64,000 bases of DNA from Heterodontus francisci (GCF_036365525.1 NC_090396.1:69171194-69235193), one strand, 5' to 3'; positions 35,589 through 49,420 are shown, numbered from the stretch's first letter. Program-made: numbers and translations. The notes: generated by a model not told the origin, from the sequence alone.

Positions 35589-37286
35589 GTTAAGCTTCGT
35601 ACATTGGGAAACAGTGAGAGAGGTAATTAAGAAAGTAATTAAGTAAATAAAGTGAATTAACTAATAGCATAAGTAACAATGGCAGGACAGGTGTTATGTT
35701 GCAGCTGTGGTATGTGGGAGCTTTTGGATGCCAAGGTGATCCTGGACAAACATGTCTGCAGAAAGTGTTAGCAGCTAGAGGAATTCCGGTTCAGGATTAT
35801 TGATCTGGAAGGCGAACTGCAAACACTGTGCAACACAAGGGAGGGGGAGCAATACCTGGTCATTTTGCTCCAGAAGACGGTCACACCTCTTAGAACAGGG
35901 TCACCTGTTTTGGTCAACAATGAGGGATAGGAAGATGTGACCGTGAGTGAGGCAGGTAACGGGACTGAGCAGACAGTAGTGCAGGAGCCTCAAACTTTGC
36001 AATTGTCAAACAGATTTGAGGTGCTTTCAACCTGTGTGGAAGAAAGTGAGATCTGCAGGATGGATGAGCAGACTGGCCATGACACTGTGATACAGGAAGC
36101 CATTCAAGTGGGGGGAGCAAAAAGGAATGTAGTGGTAGTAGGGGTTAGTATAGTGAGGGGGATTGACCCTGTTCTGTGCAGCCAAGAGTGTGAGTCCAGA
36201 AGGCTGTGTTGCCTATTCGGTGCCAGGGTTCAGGACATCCGCTCAGGGCTGGACAAGAACTTGGAGTGGGAGGGGGAGGATCCAGTTGTTGTGGTCCTTG
36301 CAGGTACCAACAACACAGGTAGGACTCGGAAAGAGGTTCTGCTTAGAAAGTACGAGGAACTAGGCACCAAATTGAAGAGCAGAACCTCAAGGGTAATAAT
36401 CTCTGAATTATTACCGCAGCCGCATGCAATTTGGTACATGGGGAACTGGCACCAGTACTGGGAAAGTTGGGGCTGGACATTGGGACGGTCTGCACCTGAA
36501 CCGTGCTGGGACCAGTGTTTTAACAAACAGTATAACTAGGGAAGAAGAGAGGGATTTAAACTAAACAAGGGGGGGTGAGGGATTAAGCCTGGGTAGATGT
36601 AGCAAACCAAGGCAGGAGAGCAGAATAGTAAAATGGGAAATGAAGGTCAGAAAATGGCAGGAAGGGACAGAGAGAAAAATACATAAGAACACACTAACAG
36701 TCGAGACTAGAAGTTACAAAAATAACAAAAGGACAAAACGAAAGGCTCTGTATCTGAATGCATGCAGCATTCATAACAAAGTAGACGAACTGATAGCGCA
36801 CTTTGATGTAAATAAATATGATCTGATAGCCATTATGGAGATGTGGCTGCAGGATGACAAGGATTGGGTCCTGATATTGAGGGGTATATGATGTTGAAGA
36901 AGAATAGGAAGCTAGGTAAAGGTGGAGGGGTAGCACTCTTAATCAAGGATGGCTTTGGTGCAATAGTTAGAGATGACCTTGGTTCAGGACATCAGGATGC
37001 ACAATCGATTTGGGTGGAGATGAGGAATAGCAGGGGAAAGAAGTCACTAGTGGGAGTGGTCTACAGGCCCTCTAACAGTAACGTAGGCCGAAGTATCTAA
37101 GAACAAATATTGGGTGCTTGTGATAAAGGGATGGCAGTAATCATGGGTGATTTTAATCTACGTATAAACAGGAAAAATCAGGTTGGCAATAGTAGCCTGG
37201 ATGAGGAGTTTATGGAATGCTTTCGAGATAATTTCTTAGAGCAGCACATTCTGGAACCAACCAGATAGCAGGTTATATTAGAATTG

Positions 37287-40200
37287 TGTCATACAGGCCC
37301 CCACCTGCCAAGAATGAGGCACATTAATTTTGCCACATGACCATTAATCTTCAAATTGTTGCTGGGGAGAAGGCTTGTTACAAGGAATTGCCAGGTTCCT
37401 GGCCAGAAAGACATGTTTGCATATTAGCAGACAGTGGAACAAAGGAGCTATCCGCTGCTCTCAATACACACAACAGACCTGGTCGAACCTGTCAATCACG
37501 TGACCACCCTGCTGGCTAACGTGGGGAGTTTTAAATTATGGAGACTGTGTTTGAACTGGGACAAAAACTGTTTGCTCCTGCACTGAAAAAGACCTCCTCT
37601 CCTCCTGTCTGCTCTCATCCCTTTTTCATGGAACTGAAACCCACTGAAGACACGTGAACCCCAAGAGAGAAAAGCCTCTTAAAGTGAACAAGGTTTAAGA
37701 AGAATACTGGGCCCCAACGAGAAGCAAGATCCACCTACAAACAAGGACTCTACAGTGAGATTGATGACCTGTAACAAAAAACTTTTCAGATATTGCCTCA
37801 AACCTTTCCACTTTATTTTTCTTCTGCTCTTTTCTGTTGCTATCATGTATGCATGCTAGCGTGGGGCGCGACATGCATCCGTAGGCGTTAACCGAAATAA
37901 GAGTTTTTAGTTTAAGTTTTAATAAATTTCACCTTTCTTCTCTAAACCTAAGAAAGTCTGTTTGTGCTCACTTCTTTGCCTTATAATTGGAAAGCGGTGA
38001 ACAAGGATTCACTAAGGGGGAGCTCAAAACAGTCTGTTTAAAATTACACCCTGTTACACTAAGACCAGGTGAAGGCTGAGAGAGACTCCTAGGCACCTTT
38101 CTCACTTGGTCATAATAGAAATTTGGGTGCTAGCATCTGAAATTTTACCCACAGACAAATGAGAGAAATTGAAAGTAGGAAGCCAAATTTTTCCCAATCA
38201 AAAAAGAGCAAGATTAATACAGGTTTTCTTGTGGTTGTGTGTGATTGAATACTAACATGTCTGCAACTGAAGCTAGTAGCTCTCCAAGCCAGGGTGAAGT
38301 AACTTGGGATAAGGTAAAAGTACTGGCAATGGAGAAGTTGAGGAAAATGGCTGAGCAGTGTGGGATCACTTTACGTGGCAAGGCTAGGAAGTCTGAACTC
38401 CTCAGGCTGGTGGCCAACCATTTTTCCCTTGAATCTGAAGAAGCAGAAGCAGGGTTGGAAGTAGACCTGGACAGGGTACTGCTAGCAAAGATACAATTGG
38501 AACAAAAGAAACTTGCATTAAAAGACAGGGAAAGAGAAAGGGAGAGACAAGATAAAGAGAGAGAGAGGCTGGAGAGGAAGAAAGCGAGAGCCTCCCAGAA
38601 GGAACGTGAAGAAAGAGTTGAAGCAGCTTGAGTTAACTAGGGGGCGACAAAGTAACCCCAGTGAAAGCATGGCCAATATAGAGGAAAGTAATTCAGGGCT
38701 GGGTACAGAATTGTTAAAACTAGCTCATCTAATCCCAAAATTCAATGAGAAAGATATGGAGGCATTTTTTGTGTCCTTTGAGAAACTGGTAAGGCAACTA
38801 AAATGGCCAGCTGAGACCTGGTCTCTTTAACTACCAAGCAAGATAACCGGAAAAGCCCATCAGGTTTATTCCCTGTTGCCAGATGAGAGTTCATCAAATT
38901 ATGAACTGACCAAAAATGCTATCCTCGGGGAATATGAATTAGTACGCGAAGCCTATTGCTAAAAGCTTAGAACTCTCAAAATCAAACTTATCTGGAGTTT
39001 GAAAGAAGCAAGCAGCTGGCTTTTGACCAGTGGCTGAGGGCTCTTAAAGTATAGCTCAGCTATGAGAATCTCAGGGAAGTAATTCTGTTAGAGGATTTAA
39101 ACACTCTCTCCCACTCTCCATAAAGATCCATGTAGAGAGCAGCAGGTTCAGAGAGCCTGGCAAGCGGCCATTCTAGCTGATGAGTTTGCTTTAATTTATA
39201 AGTCGGGTTTCCCAGGGGAGAACCTTTCCTAATCACCCCCACAAATCCGAAAAGGACCAAGGGTGGGAAGGTGATATCTGCCCAGGCAGTCCTGGGAGAG
39301 AAAAGAAAGCAGGAGACACAGGGGACCCTCCTCCAGCCAAAAAGGAAGGTGCTGTGAGCAAGAGGGAGACCCGGAGACCTGTGTGCTTCCATTGTAATAA
39401 AGCAGGGCATTTAAGAGCTGACTGCTGGAAACTAAAGGGAAAACCAGTAGGGTTAATAAGGGCACACCTGCTCAGTGAAGACTGGACCCTAATGGAAAGC
39501 ACAGCAGAACAAGCTGTGGCTTTAACTGCAGTAAGAGTGAGACCCAGGAAGCTTACTGCCACACGTGCAGGAAAATTTAATAGGATTCCTGAAGGTTATC
39601 AGGAATTTGTATTTGAAGGGAGAATAACCCCATACCCCTCGAGTGGGGCCAGCAAGCCCACGGTAATTCTCAGGGACACAGGGGCCACTAGATCCCTTTT
39701 ACTGGGAAAAGGCCTGACCTTTCCCCCAGAGAGTGCAGTGAATACCAGAATGGTATTGGAGGGCAGTGTATGCCTGTACCTGTACACCGGGTGCAGCTGG
39801 AGTGCGACCTAGTTTTGGGACCGGTGAATGCAGTAGGGAAAGAAAGACCGCAGGAAGTCAGAGAGACAGGGCAGTGGCAGGAGATGGTCCCCTGCAGTTT
39901 CCCTGAATGTGTAGTGGATCAGGCCATGATCAAACCAGCTCCCCCAGAGGAGACTGCATTGACACTGCAGGCAGATAACCATGAGGTCTGCCTGTCCGAG
40001 ACTTTCTTTGGAAAGTTAGGAGACCCAGGGAATGAATTAAATGGATTTTCCCTAGCTGAGGCTCAATCAGCCGACCCAGTATTGCGAGAATTAGCACAGG
40101 CTGCCCAATCTGAAAGTGAAGCAGAGGGAGTCCCTGATTGCTACAGTTTAAAGAATGAGGTACTGATGAGGAAATGGAGTTCTCCTCACAGATCTGAGAG

Positions 40201-41219
40201 CAAGGAGTGGACAGTAGTTCACCAGTTAGTGGTGCCACAGAGGTACCATAGAGAAATATTAAGACGGACCCACGAGGCTACAGTGGTTGTACATGCTGGT
40301 ATACAGAAGAACAAAGCCCACACAAGACAGCAGTTTGACTGGCCAAAACTCCACAAAGATGTGGTGCAGTACTGCAGGAGTTGTCACATGTGCCAGGTTG
40401 AGGGAAAACCCCAACCTGCAGTGAAACCTGCACCCCCAGGTCCTGTACCAGTGTTAGGAGGACCCTTCAGCAGAGGGCTGGTGAACTGTAAGGGACCCCT
40501 GAAGAGAACAAAAGGGGACAGGCAGGCAGACGGCTGGCAAAAGTTTAGAAAGAGAAGGGGAAAAGGGGTGACCAAGAGGGCGGTTAAAGGAAGTCCGGGA
40601 GGAATCCCGGATGGAAACCCCTACTGTCCAGTCAGCCAACCCTGAAAAATGTGTAAAGTTAGACCCCACCTCCTCCTATGTAAATGCAGACACTGGAAGC
40701 ACCCCACCAGAGTTGTTAACAGCATTTACTGGAACCTGCAGAGACAAAAGAAGACCTCTAGGGGGCACAGAAACCATGAGGGTGATGCCTCACCTAGTCG
40801 AAGTGCCACATGGGAATGCAGTAGAGTCTGCACAAATACCTGCAGGCAGGAGTGTCCCAGAGGACAAAGGGAAGATTAACAAAGAATCCTCCCCCACAGT
40901 CAGAGAAAAAAGGAAGCAGCTATCCCCTGAAGTCAAAAGCCTTTGCATGACTCAGCAAAGCACTGAAAAAGAGTTCAGGATAGACCTGCCCACTGCTTAC
41001 TCTCCTGAACAAAAATGACGTCAGCAGGAACAAAGACCCAAGGCAGTCATGGCAATGGGCAAACTGAAGAAAAACTTCCCCAAAGAACCACATGTTTACT
41101 GGGGTGCCAAAAAGGGGACAATTAAAGCATCACTGGCACCAAGAAAAGATAGTTCTAGTAAATTTTAGGATTCATGAATGTATGGAAAATGCATGAGAGA
41201 AATGCATGGTTTTCTGTAT

Positions 41220-41267
<48 letters not shown>

Positions 41268-42156
41268 CTCAAGGCTTATAATGAAATGTGCCTTTTTTTG
41301 CAAATCGTATTTCATTCTCCTGGGTATGGAGGTGTCCAGCATGCCCCCAGCTGCCAAAAATGAGGCACATTAATTTCGCCACCTGGACATTAAACTTCAG
41401 ATTGTAGCTGGGAAGAAGAGAAGGCCTGTTCCAAGGAATTGACAGGCCCCTGGCCGGAAAGACATTTTTGCATATTAGCAGACTGTATTGGAATAAAGGA
41501 GCTATCCCCTACTACCAATACACTGAACAGACCAGGTCAAACCAGTCGGTCATATGACCACCCTGCTGACCAACTTGGGGAAGTTTTAAATTGTAGAGAC
41601 AGTGTTTGAACTGGGAGAAAAGATCTTTGCTCCTGGACTGAAAAAGACCTCCTCTCCTCCTGTCTGCTCCCATCTCTTTCCGCGGAACTGAAGCCCACTG
41701 AAGGCACTTGAACCCCAAGAGAGAAAGGTCTCCTACAGTGAACAAGGTTTAAGAAGAATACTGGGCCCCAATGAGAAGCAAGATCCAGCCACAAACAGTG
41801 AGCTCGAAGACCCATAACAAAAAACTCTTCTGATATTGCCTCAAACCTTTCCACTTTATTTTTCTTCTGCTCTTTTCTGTCTCTGTTGGCATGTGCGTAT
41901 CACCTATGCATGCTAGCATGGGGCGCGGTGTGTATTAGAGTTTTTAGTTTAAGTTTTAATAAATTTCACCTTTCTTCTTTAAACCTAAGAAAGCCTGTTT
42001 GTGCTCATTTCTTTGCCTTATAATTGGAAGGCAGTGAACAAGGATTCACCAAGGGGGAGCTCAAAACACAGTGTGTTTAAAATTAAACCCTCTTACAGTA
42101 AGACCAGGTAAAGGCTGAGAGAGACCTCTAGACACCTTTCTCACCTGGCCATAACA
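37287..42156 (+). mobile_element. Non-autonomous Gmr1-like Gypsy LTR retrotransposon (LTRs 37287-38117 and 41333-42156)
   Basis: Paired ~0.83-kb LTRs TGTC…ATAA(T/C)A, TSD attg/cttg, purine-rich PPT. Gag (IPKFNEKD…FFVSFEK), CCHC knuckle CFHCNKAGHLRADC, protease LRDTGA, integrase HHCC (H…HAG…CRSCHMCQ). No RT/RH. Confidence 0.88.
41222..41264. repeat. (TA)n microsatellite
   Basis: About 21 TA units inside the LTR element. Confidence 0.95.
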
Positions 42157-43888
42157 CTTGGTATCATGTAATGTGACAGGATTAGTTAATGACCGCAGAG
42201 TAAAGGCACCTTTAGTTAGCAGCGACCACAATATGATTGAATTTTACATCCAGTTTGAAAGAGAGAAGAGTGAGTCTAAGACTAGTATTTTAAACTTAAA
42301 TAAGGGCAACTATGTGGGCATGAAAGCTGAGCTAGCTGAAGTGAACTGGGTTACTCGGCTAGGAGATAGATCAATAGAGAAGCAGTGGCAGATATTCAAG
42401 GGGATATTTCAGAATACTCAGGATAAGTATATTCCTACTATAAAGAAAAATTCAAAGGGGAGGACCCACCATCCGCGGTTAACTAAAGAAGTTAAAGAAA
42501 GCATCAAACTGAAGGAGAAGGCGCAAAGATGAGTGGCAGGTCAGATGATTGGTCAGGATATAAAGAACGGCAGAGAATGACTAAAGGTTAATCAGGAGAA
42601 AGAAATTAGAGTATGAGAGGAAGCTAGCTGGAACTGTAAAAACGGATAGCAATAGTTTCCACAGGTATTTAAAAAGGAAAAGATTAGGTAAAGTGAGTGT
42701 TGGACCTCTAAGGTGTGAATGGGGAACTAAGGAAATGGCAGATGAAATAAACAAATATTTTGCTCCTGTCTTCACTATAGAGAATACAAAAACATTCCAG
42801 TAATAGCTGTAAATCAGGAGGTGGAAGGAAGAGAGGAACTTGGTGAAATTACAATCAACAGGGAAGTGGTCCTGACCAAACTGATGAAGCTGTGGGCTGA
42901 TAAGTCCCCGGGTCCTGATGGGCTTCATCCCAGGGTCTTAAAAGAGGTGGCTTATGAGGTAGTAGATGCGTTGGTGTTAATTTTTCGAAATTAGCTGGAT
43001 TCTGGAAAGGTTCCATCAGACTGGAAAATAGCAAATATAACCCCTCTATTCAAGAAGTGGGGGAGGCAGAAAACGGGTAGCTATAGGCCAGTTAGCTTGA
43101 CATCTGTCATGGGGAAGATGTTAGAATTGATCATTAAGGAGGCTATAGCTGGGCACTTACAAAAACTCAAGGTAATCGGGAATAGTCAGCATAGCTTTGT
43201 GAAAAGGAGATCACAATTAACCAATTTATTGGAGCTCTTTGAAGGTGTAACATGTGCTGTGGATAAAGGGGAGCCCGTTGACCTGCACTTGGATTTCCAG
43301 AAGGCATTTGACAAGGTGCCACATAAAAGATTATTGCGCAAAGTAGGAGCTCATGGTGTAGTGGGTCACGTATTAGCATGGATAGAAGATTGGCTGGCTG
43401 GCAGAAAACAGAGTAAGCATAAATGGGTCCTTTTCTGATTGGCAAGATGTGACGAGTGGAGTCCTGCAGTGATCTGTGCTGGGTCCTCAACTTTTTACAA
43501 TTTATATCAATTACTTCGATGAGGGGAGCGATGGCATGGTAGCTAAATTTGCAGATGAGACAAAGATAGGTAAGAAAGTATGTTGTGAAGAGAACATGAG
43601 GTTGCAGCTCGATATAGATAGGTTGAGTGAGTGGGCAAAAATCTGGCAGATGGAGTATAATGTGGGAAAATGTGAAGTTGTTCACTTTGGCAGGAAGAAT
43701 AAAAAAGCAGAGTATTGCTTAAACGGAGAACGACTGCAGAGCCCCGAGGTGCAGAGAGATCTAGGTGTTCTAGGGCATGAGTCGCAAAAAGTTAGTACAC
43801 AGGTACAGAAAGTAATAAAGAAGGCGAATGGAATGCTATCCTTTATTAGGAGAGGAATTGAAAATAAATGTAAGGATCTTATTCTTCA

Positions 43889-43994
43889 ATAATAAAAACA
43901 GGAAATGCTGGAAATACTCAGCAGGTCTCGCAGCATCAGTGGAGAGAGAAGCAGAGTTAATGTTTCAGGCCAGTGACCCTTCATCAGAACTGGC
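43889..43994 (-). mobile_element. Short Penelope pLTR-like element with minimal hammerhead motif (- strand)
   Basis: Reverse complement reads ccagttCTGATGAagggtcactggcctGAAACATTaact. Approximate TSD aa(g/a)gat(c/a)ttattcttca. Confidence 0.75.
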
Positions 43995-45309
43995 AAAGAT
44001 ATTATTCTTCAGTTATACAGAGCATTGGTGAGACTACATCTCGAATACTGTGTGTAGTTTTGGTCTCCTTATTTAAGGAAGGATGAGAATGTGTTCGAGG
44101 TGGTTCAGAGGAGGTTTACTAAATTGATACCTGGAATGAGTGGGTTGTCTTATAAGGAAAGGTTGGATAGACTGGGCTTGTTTTCACTGGAGTTTAAAAA
44201 AGTGAGGGGAGACTTGATTGAAGTTTATAAGATCCTGAATGGTCTTGACAATGTGGATGTGGAAAGGATGTTTCCTCTTGTGTGGTAGTCCAGAACTGGG
44301 GGCACTGTTTTAAAATTAGGGGTCGCCCTAATTTTTTTTCTCAGAGGGTTGTGCGACTTTGGAACCCTCTGCCTCAAAAGATGGTGGAGGCACGGTCATT
44401 GAATAATTTGAAGGCGGGGATAGATAGATTCTTGCTAGGCAAGGGAGTCAGAGGTTATCGGGAGTAGATGGGAGTGTGGAATTCAAGACACAAACAGATC
44501 AGCCATGATCTTACTGAATGGCGGAGCAGGCTCGAGGGGTCGAATAGCCTACTTCTGCTCCTCATTCGTTTGTTCGTGAAAAGGGGGAGACCGAGAAGAA
44601 GATTGAGAGATGACTTATCATACCTATGGACCACACTGGTGAGAACAGAAAGGGGTAGAGATAAATGGAAAAGGCATGAGGAGGGTAACATCCTACGGTG
44701 GATGAGCACAGCCTAAATGATGATGAATGATATATTTGTGTGTGTGTAATATATATATTCTCAATAATTGGATGTGTGAAATATCACTATATTGTCAATG
44801 CCATTACTTAGTCAATTTGCAGGAGTTATTTTGAATGGAGTGACTTGGAACCCTATCCTCTTGCTTCTGCAGTATTAGCTTTTATTCAATAATTATACAT
44901 GTTCCTAAATTATTAATAAAATTCATCACACTGCATTGAACTTTATTGTGGGAATGTAAGAATAAAAAAAATGGTGTTGCAACCATCCAGTTCACCGTGT
45001 CAGTTTGCTCATGCAGATCATTTTTAATCTTCCTTAAAATCCCAAAATAAACTTGGGCAATAGAGAAATGGTGTCATTTATAACTAGGGCAGGTCTCATA
45101 TACCCACGCGCCTGATAGGCTGGCATATACAAGTAACCATGGCACTGGTAAGCGATAGAAGCAGGTTATCCATATGAAGCAAAACACCCATAATTAAAAT
45201 ACATACAGGTTTTAACAAAGGAAAACACCAGTATCTCCTTTAAACAGAATGGCCTAGTTTAGTTTAATTCAAAGATTTCTTATTAACTTTTGATGCTGGG
45301 AATACTAAG

Positions 45310-46293
45310 TGTTATGAATGCTGGATTTTGTAACATGATTATGCTTTAAAAACTGATCTTTTACAAGTTTAGGATGAAATAGAGAGGTCAGGTGACCTTA
45401 CATCAACTCTGCTTAATGACAGAAGTCATGGTTACCAGGACAACACAGAATACAGATCAAAGATTTATTTTTGAAAAACAGAGACTGCAGGGGTATAACA
45501 CATGAAGAACAATGGGTTTTGCTCTCCCAAACTTTCGGATTGTAAACAAGGAGTCAGTGATTCTGAGGATGCATAGGAGCATGCATGGCAGCTGCTAACA
45601 TCTGGAAACAATGGAAGGCCCAGGTAGCGCTGCTGAAACCTAACTTGTGGGCTTTGCATATTGGAAAAGGACAGTGACTTTTGATTGCAGATAGATTTAA
45701 CAGATTTTCTGAAGGCAGAGAAGCTGTAAGAAAGGAAACCAGCAGTTGCAGTCTCAGGAGAGGATGTAAGAATGGAAGACAACCAGCTGTGGCAGCCTCA
45801 AGGGAGAGAGAGGGAGCACCTGCTTTCAGGAAAAAATTGATACTGCAAAAGGCTGTGAGGACTTGAACCTGTTTTAGAAGTTAAGGTTCGCAGAGAAGTA
45901 AAACATCAACAGGATCCCCAGGAATCGCCTTATTCACAGACGTCCAGGTCGAAAGTGCCAAAGAGGTGAGTAACGAGGACATTTCCTTTGAGCAAGATCT
46001 GGGAGATCCAACCCATTGCAACTGAGAGGACTTTGGAACTTTTAACCGCAAAGATTTCGCTATCAAAGAGGACTGTGTAACATAGAAGTGTGTTGTGAGG
46101 TTTTCAAGTATTTTAATAAGTAAAGAAAACACCTTTCTTTGTAATTCGGGTTATCAGCCATTTATAAAGTACTATTTAATGAGGATTTCTTTTAATTTGA
46201 TTGTTATAATAAAAGTGCTAAAACCTGAAATTTTGTGCAATTCTTTAAATTGGTCTGGGTGTTCATATCTCGTATTTTAATGAGGTCATAACA
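45310..46293 (+). mobile_element. Solo LTR (Gypsy-type)
   Basis: Perfect 8-bp terminal inverted repeat TGTTATGA…TCATAACA and 4-bp TSD TAAG. Confidence 0.85.
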
Positions 46294-47249
46294 TAAGCAA
46301 TTGCTTTGTTAAAATAATGGCTTTCTGTAAAACCACATTAAAGCATCACATCATTCTGCCTAGCACTAAAGGCATTAAAAAACGGCCTAATTATAGAGTC
46401 TCTGGGGAAGAGTGATAAGGACACAGAATGCTAAATAAAACTGGTGGATTATTGAAGGGATAATTTTATCTTCATGGAAACAAATATTAAACGCAGTCTT
46501 CATCTGAGTCTGGCTTCGCAAGTGAAAGTAGTTCGCAAGTAGTGTGGCCTGATCTGTTGTGATAATTCAATACAACAAAGTTCCAAAAGAGTGGCAGGAT
46601 GATTTAGTTTACAGGCCTCCTGTTTTGGGTCTCACACTTAACAGATGCTGCAACAGGTTATTTCTTACAGTTGTAGACTGTAAGACTTAGGGTTGGGGTT
46701 CCTTCAATCACTAACAACATGCAGGAAGTTCCTGTGCTAAAAGCAGATTCCTACCCTCACATCAAAGACTTCGTTGTCTGATGCTAATATTTGCTCAGGT
46801 ACATCTTGGGCATATTAAACTTAGTCTGAGTATATCTACCACAGATGATGACCAGTTGTGTCTGGCCTGGTGAGAATCAGTACAAAGCAGGACAAGACTC
46901 TGACCCTCTACTGGCTAAGCTTTGATGTGCAGGTTGTAATTTTTATTCAGCTGAACTTTTTTTTTGCTAGTGACCGCATAGAATGCTTTGGACAGATGAA
47001 TCTGGCGAAAGATCCTTTTCTGTTTTGCAGATGCAGAGCACAGGTGAAGTACATTTGATACTCTCTGCACAGTCCAACAAACGCAGTCTCTCAGTGCAGA
47101 CCTACATGGATATAGCACAAATGAATAATGACTCCTATTATCTTCTGCATCGGTTGTTGGGAAGTAATAGGTGTATATAACAGATTAAATTTTTTACTGG
47201 GAAAACCTCACATGTTTCCTTTTGTAGTATTGTGATTTCATTTATAATT

Positions 47250-48247
47250 TTAAGAATAATATTAACGGGAGGCTTGCGAGTGCTGTCAGGAAAGTTTTAA
47301 ATTAGCTTGGCAGGGGAATGGGAACCTGAGCACAGATTCAGGAGGGAGAAAAGCAAAGCTGAAAATGGAAGGCAGGAAATTACTAGGTGAGTATGGTGGG
47401 CAGCGAAGACAAAGGCTAGAAAATGGACAACAAAGGAGTTGTTCAATGATGAGTTTATACTTCTATCCTTAGTCTAGTTTAGTGAATAAGGCAGATGAGC
47501 TGAGGGCAGGGATAGACACTTGGAAGTATGATATCATAGCTATTACTGAGACATGGCTTAAAGAAGGACAGGAATGGTAGCTCAACATACCTGGTTACAG
47601 GGTTTTCAGACAACATAAAAAAGGAAGCCGGGGTGGGGGGGGGGGGCGTTGTGGTGGAGGCGGGTGGCAATGGTTCACAATATTGGTTAAAGAAACAATC
47701 ACAGCTTTGAGGAGGGATAATATACTAGAAGGACCATCCAAATTAGGCCATATGGGTTGAACTGAGGAACCAAAAAAAGGAGCAATCACACTGCTGGTAG
47801 TAAACAGTCCAAACAGTCAGAGGGAGATAGAGAAAATATGTAAGCAAATTACAGAGAAGTGCAGAAACAATAGGGTAGTAATAGTAGAGGATTTCAACTA
47901 TGCTAATATTAAGTATCAAGGGGAGAGCCAACTGTGCAACAGCCCCAACAAACAAATTTCTCTGCAGCACCTGTGGAAGAGCCTGTCACTCCAGAATTGG
48001 CCTTTATAGCCACTCCAGGCGCTGCTTCACAAACCACTGACCACCTCCAGGCGCGTATCCATTGTCTCTCGAGATAAGGAGGCCCAAAAGAAAAAAGAAT
48101 ATTAAGTGTGATAAAATCAGTGTAAAAGAGGGAACAGAATTCTTAAAATTCAGACGAATTTATTTTGCTAGTATATAGCAAGTACAATAAGAGAAGGGGC
48201 AGTTCTGGATTTAGTTTAAGGAAATTAAGCTGGGTAGGTGGAAGGGT
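47250..48247 (+). mobile_element. CR1 fragment (ORF1 end and EN domain)
   Basis: aataaggcagatgagctgagg…tatgatatcatagctattactgagacatggct encodes NKADEL…YDIIAITETWL. Confidence 0.75.
47915..48097 (+). mobile_element. Short RTE 3' end
   Basis: Near-identical to 54215-54395; 10-bp TSD aatattaagt. Confidence 0.88.
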
Positions 48248-49420
48248 GGTTATAAATCAAAGGGTGGTCCATGTTTATTTAGTACGGTCATATTGGGAAG
48301 TATAAAGACCCTACACAATGGCAACCCCTCTTGTTGATGCAGACAGTGTGTCAGCAGCTACCTCAGTCAGGGGTTTAGATTATTCATATGATTTCCCAGA
48401 TTAAAGAGTAGATTTGGAGATGGAAATAATTAATTTAAATTGCTATATGGGACATCCCACCTGTACCACATTGCTATGCAGATAGATGATGCAGGGGGTG
48501 TCTTGTTTTTTTGATCTGTGTACTTTCTGACACAGTCAGTTGGCTTTTGGACAAGCAGTGGCTTTTGAGAACGTTGCTGGCTTCGGACAAGCAGTTGGCT
48601 TTTGGAAGTCAATTGGACTCGGGAGCAAAGAGGCCATCGGGAACCAGGGCGTATCTGTTTTGAGGCAGGCCTGAACTCAAGCTGGGAAGTCCAGATCTGG
48701 GAGATCTGGTCCTTCAGAAAATAACTAAGGAATAAAGGAAATCAATGTGAATTCATAAGAACTGTGGTACACTTTGGATTGGTCCCAGGAGTAGTGAACA
48801 AACTTCCAAGATCCTGTAACGTTATAGGGAAATTCTTGGGGTGGAAGTAACAGTCGAATAGGAATGTTCTTTTGAGATTTAGAGTTTATAGCATATGACT
48901 TCATGTTCTGTTCAGATGTTAAGTTTAAAATCTAAATGTTTCCAAATTGTAGTGTTGTTAGTAGTGTTTTGCTTTGTTTAACTCTTCTACAGTAAAGTTT
49001 TTTTTGTTTAAAACGTGAAATCTTGTAGCGTAGTTCTTTCAGTAATAACTGGGAATTCGACTTTCTCTTTTTAAAAGTTAACAGTCCCTAACAGGATTGT
49101 AACAAATTGGGGGGTATGGCGAGATTTCAAATCCACAAACTGAGATGGGTACGTTGGGATTTGCTACAGTTTAAGCGGACAAGATTTCAAGTTGAATTTT
49201 ACTGTAGTTATTGAGAAGGAGAATGGCTGTGTCAATTGTTAAGACCTTTCTGGGATGGGAAGATTTATCTCTGAGTGTTTTGCAACAATCAACAAAGGTT
49301 AGCTTGATGGCGTAGGCAAAAGAGTTAAAGACAGAGTTAAAAGCAGGGACTAAAAATGCAGAAATAGTGGAGACTTTAGCACAACATCTGGAATTTAAAG
49401 AGGAACAGGTTGACCCTGAT
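48248..49420 (+). mobile_element. LTR (to 49104) plus PBS and start of gag from another Gypsy-like element, truncated
   Basis: LTR ends …TGTAACA, followed by aattggggggtatggcgagat (tRNA-Pro PBS-like). Gag-like start MAVSIVKTFL…EIVETLAQHL at 49223. Confidence 0.6.

Larger units (their letters stand above)
33840..44577 (+). mobile_element. Near-full-length decayed CR1 LINE (5' UTR, ORF1, ORF2, 3' UTR) interrupted by RTE, Gypsy and hammerhead elements
   Basis: ORF1 from ATG 35679 with Cys motif (CCSCGMW…HVCRKC) and SGNH esterase (VVGVSIVR…GARVQD…AGTNN). ORF2 EN (YLNACSIHNKVDEL) resumes after 42156 through RT to the 3' UTR. Confidence 0.88.
30572..44730 (+). mobile_element. Old AT-rich RTE-clade LINE, 5'-inverted and split by later insertions (pieces 30572-31312 [-], 31313-32687, 33755-33840, 44578-44730)
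   Basis: EN remnant on - strand (IVMGD…AKIG, NTYFKK). RT on + strand (LDEQQPREQ, YSTTDHL, RGV.QG, FADD, VYDQCVLPTMTYG). KKAKW|RWAG runs across the solo LTR. 3' end KRGRPRRR…LRWMSTA* plus (TGA)n tail. Confidence 0.75.

Noticed and set aside
37287-42156. Endogenous retrovirus
   Set aside because: No env or retroviral RT is present. The gag, protease and integrase motifs and the 4-bp TSD fit a Gmr1-like Gypsy element.
48535-48612. CRISPR-like or regular repeat array (cagttggcttttgga…)
   Set aside because: It is a short irregular tandem duplication inside an LTR in a vertebrate genome, with no unique spacers or cas genes.
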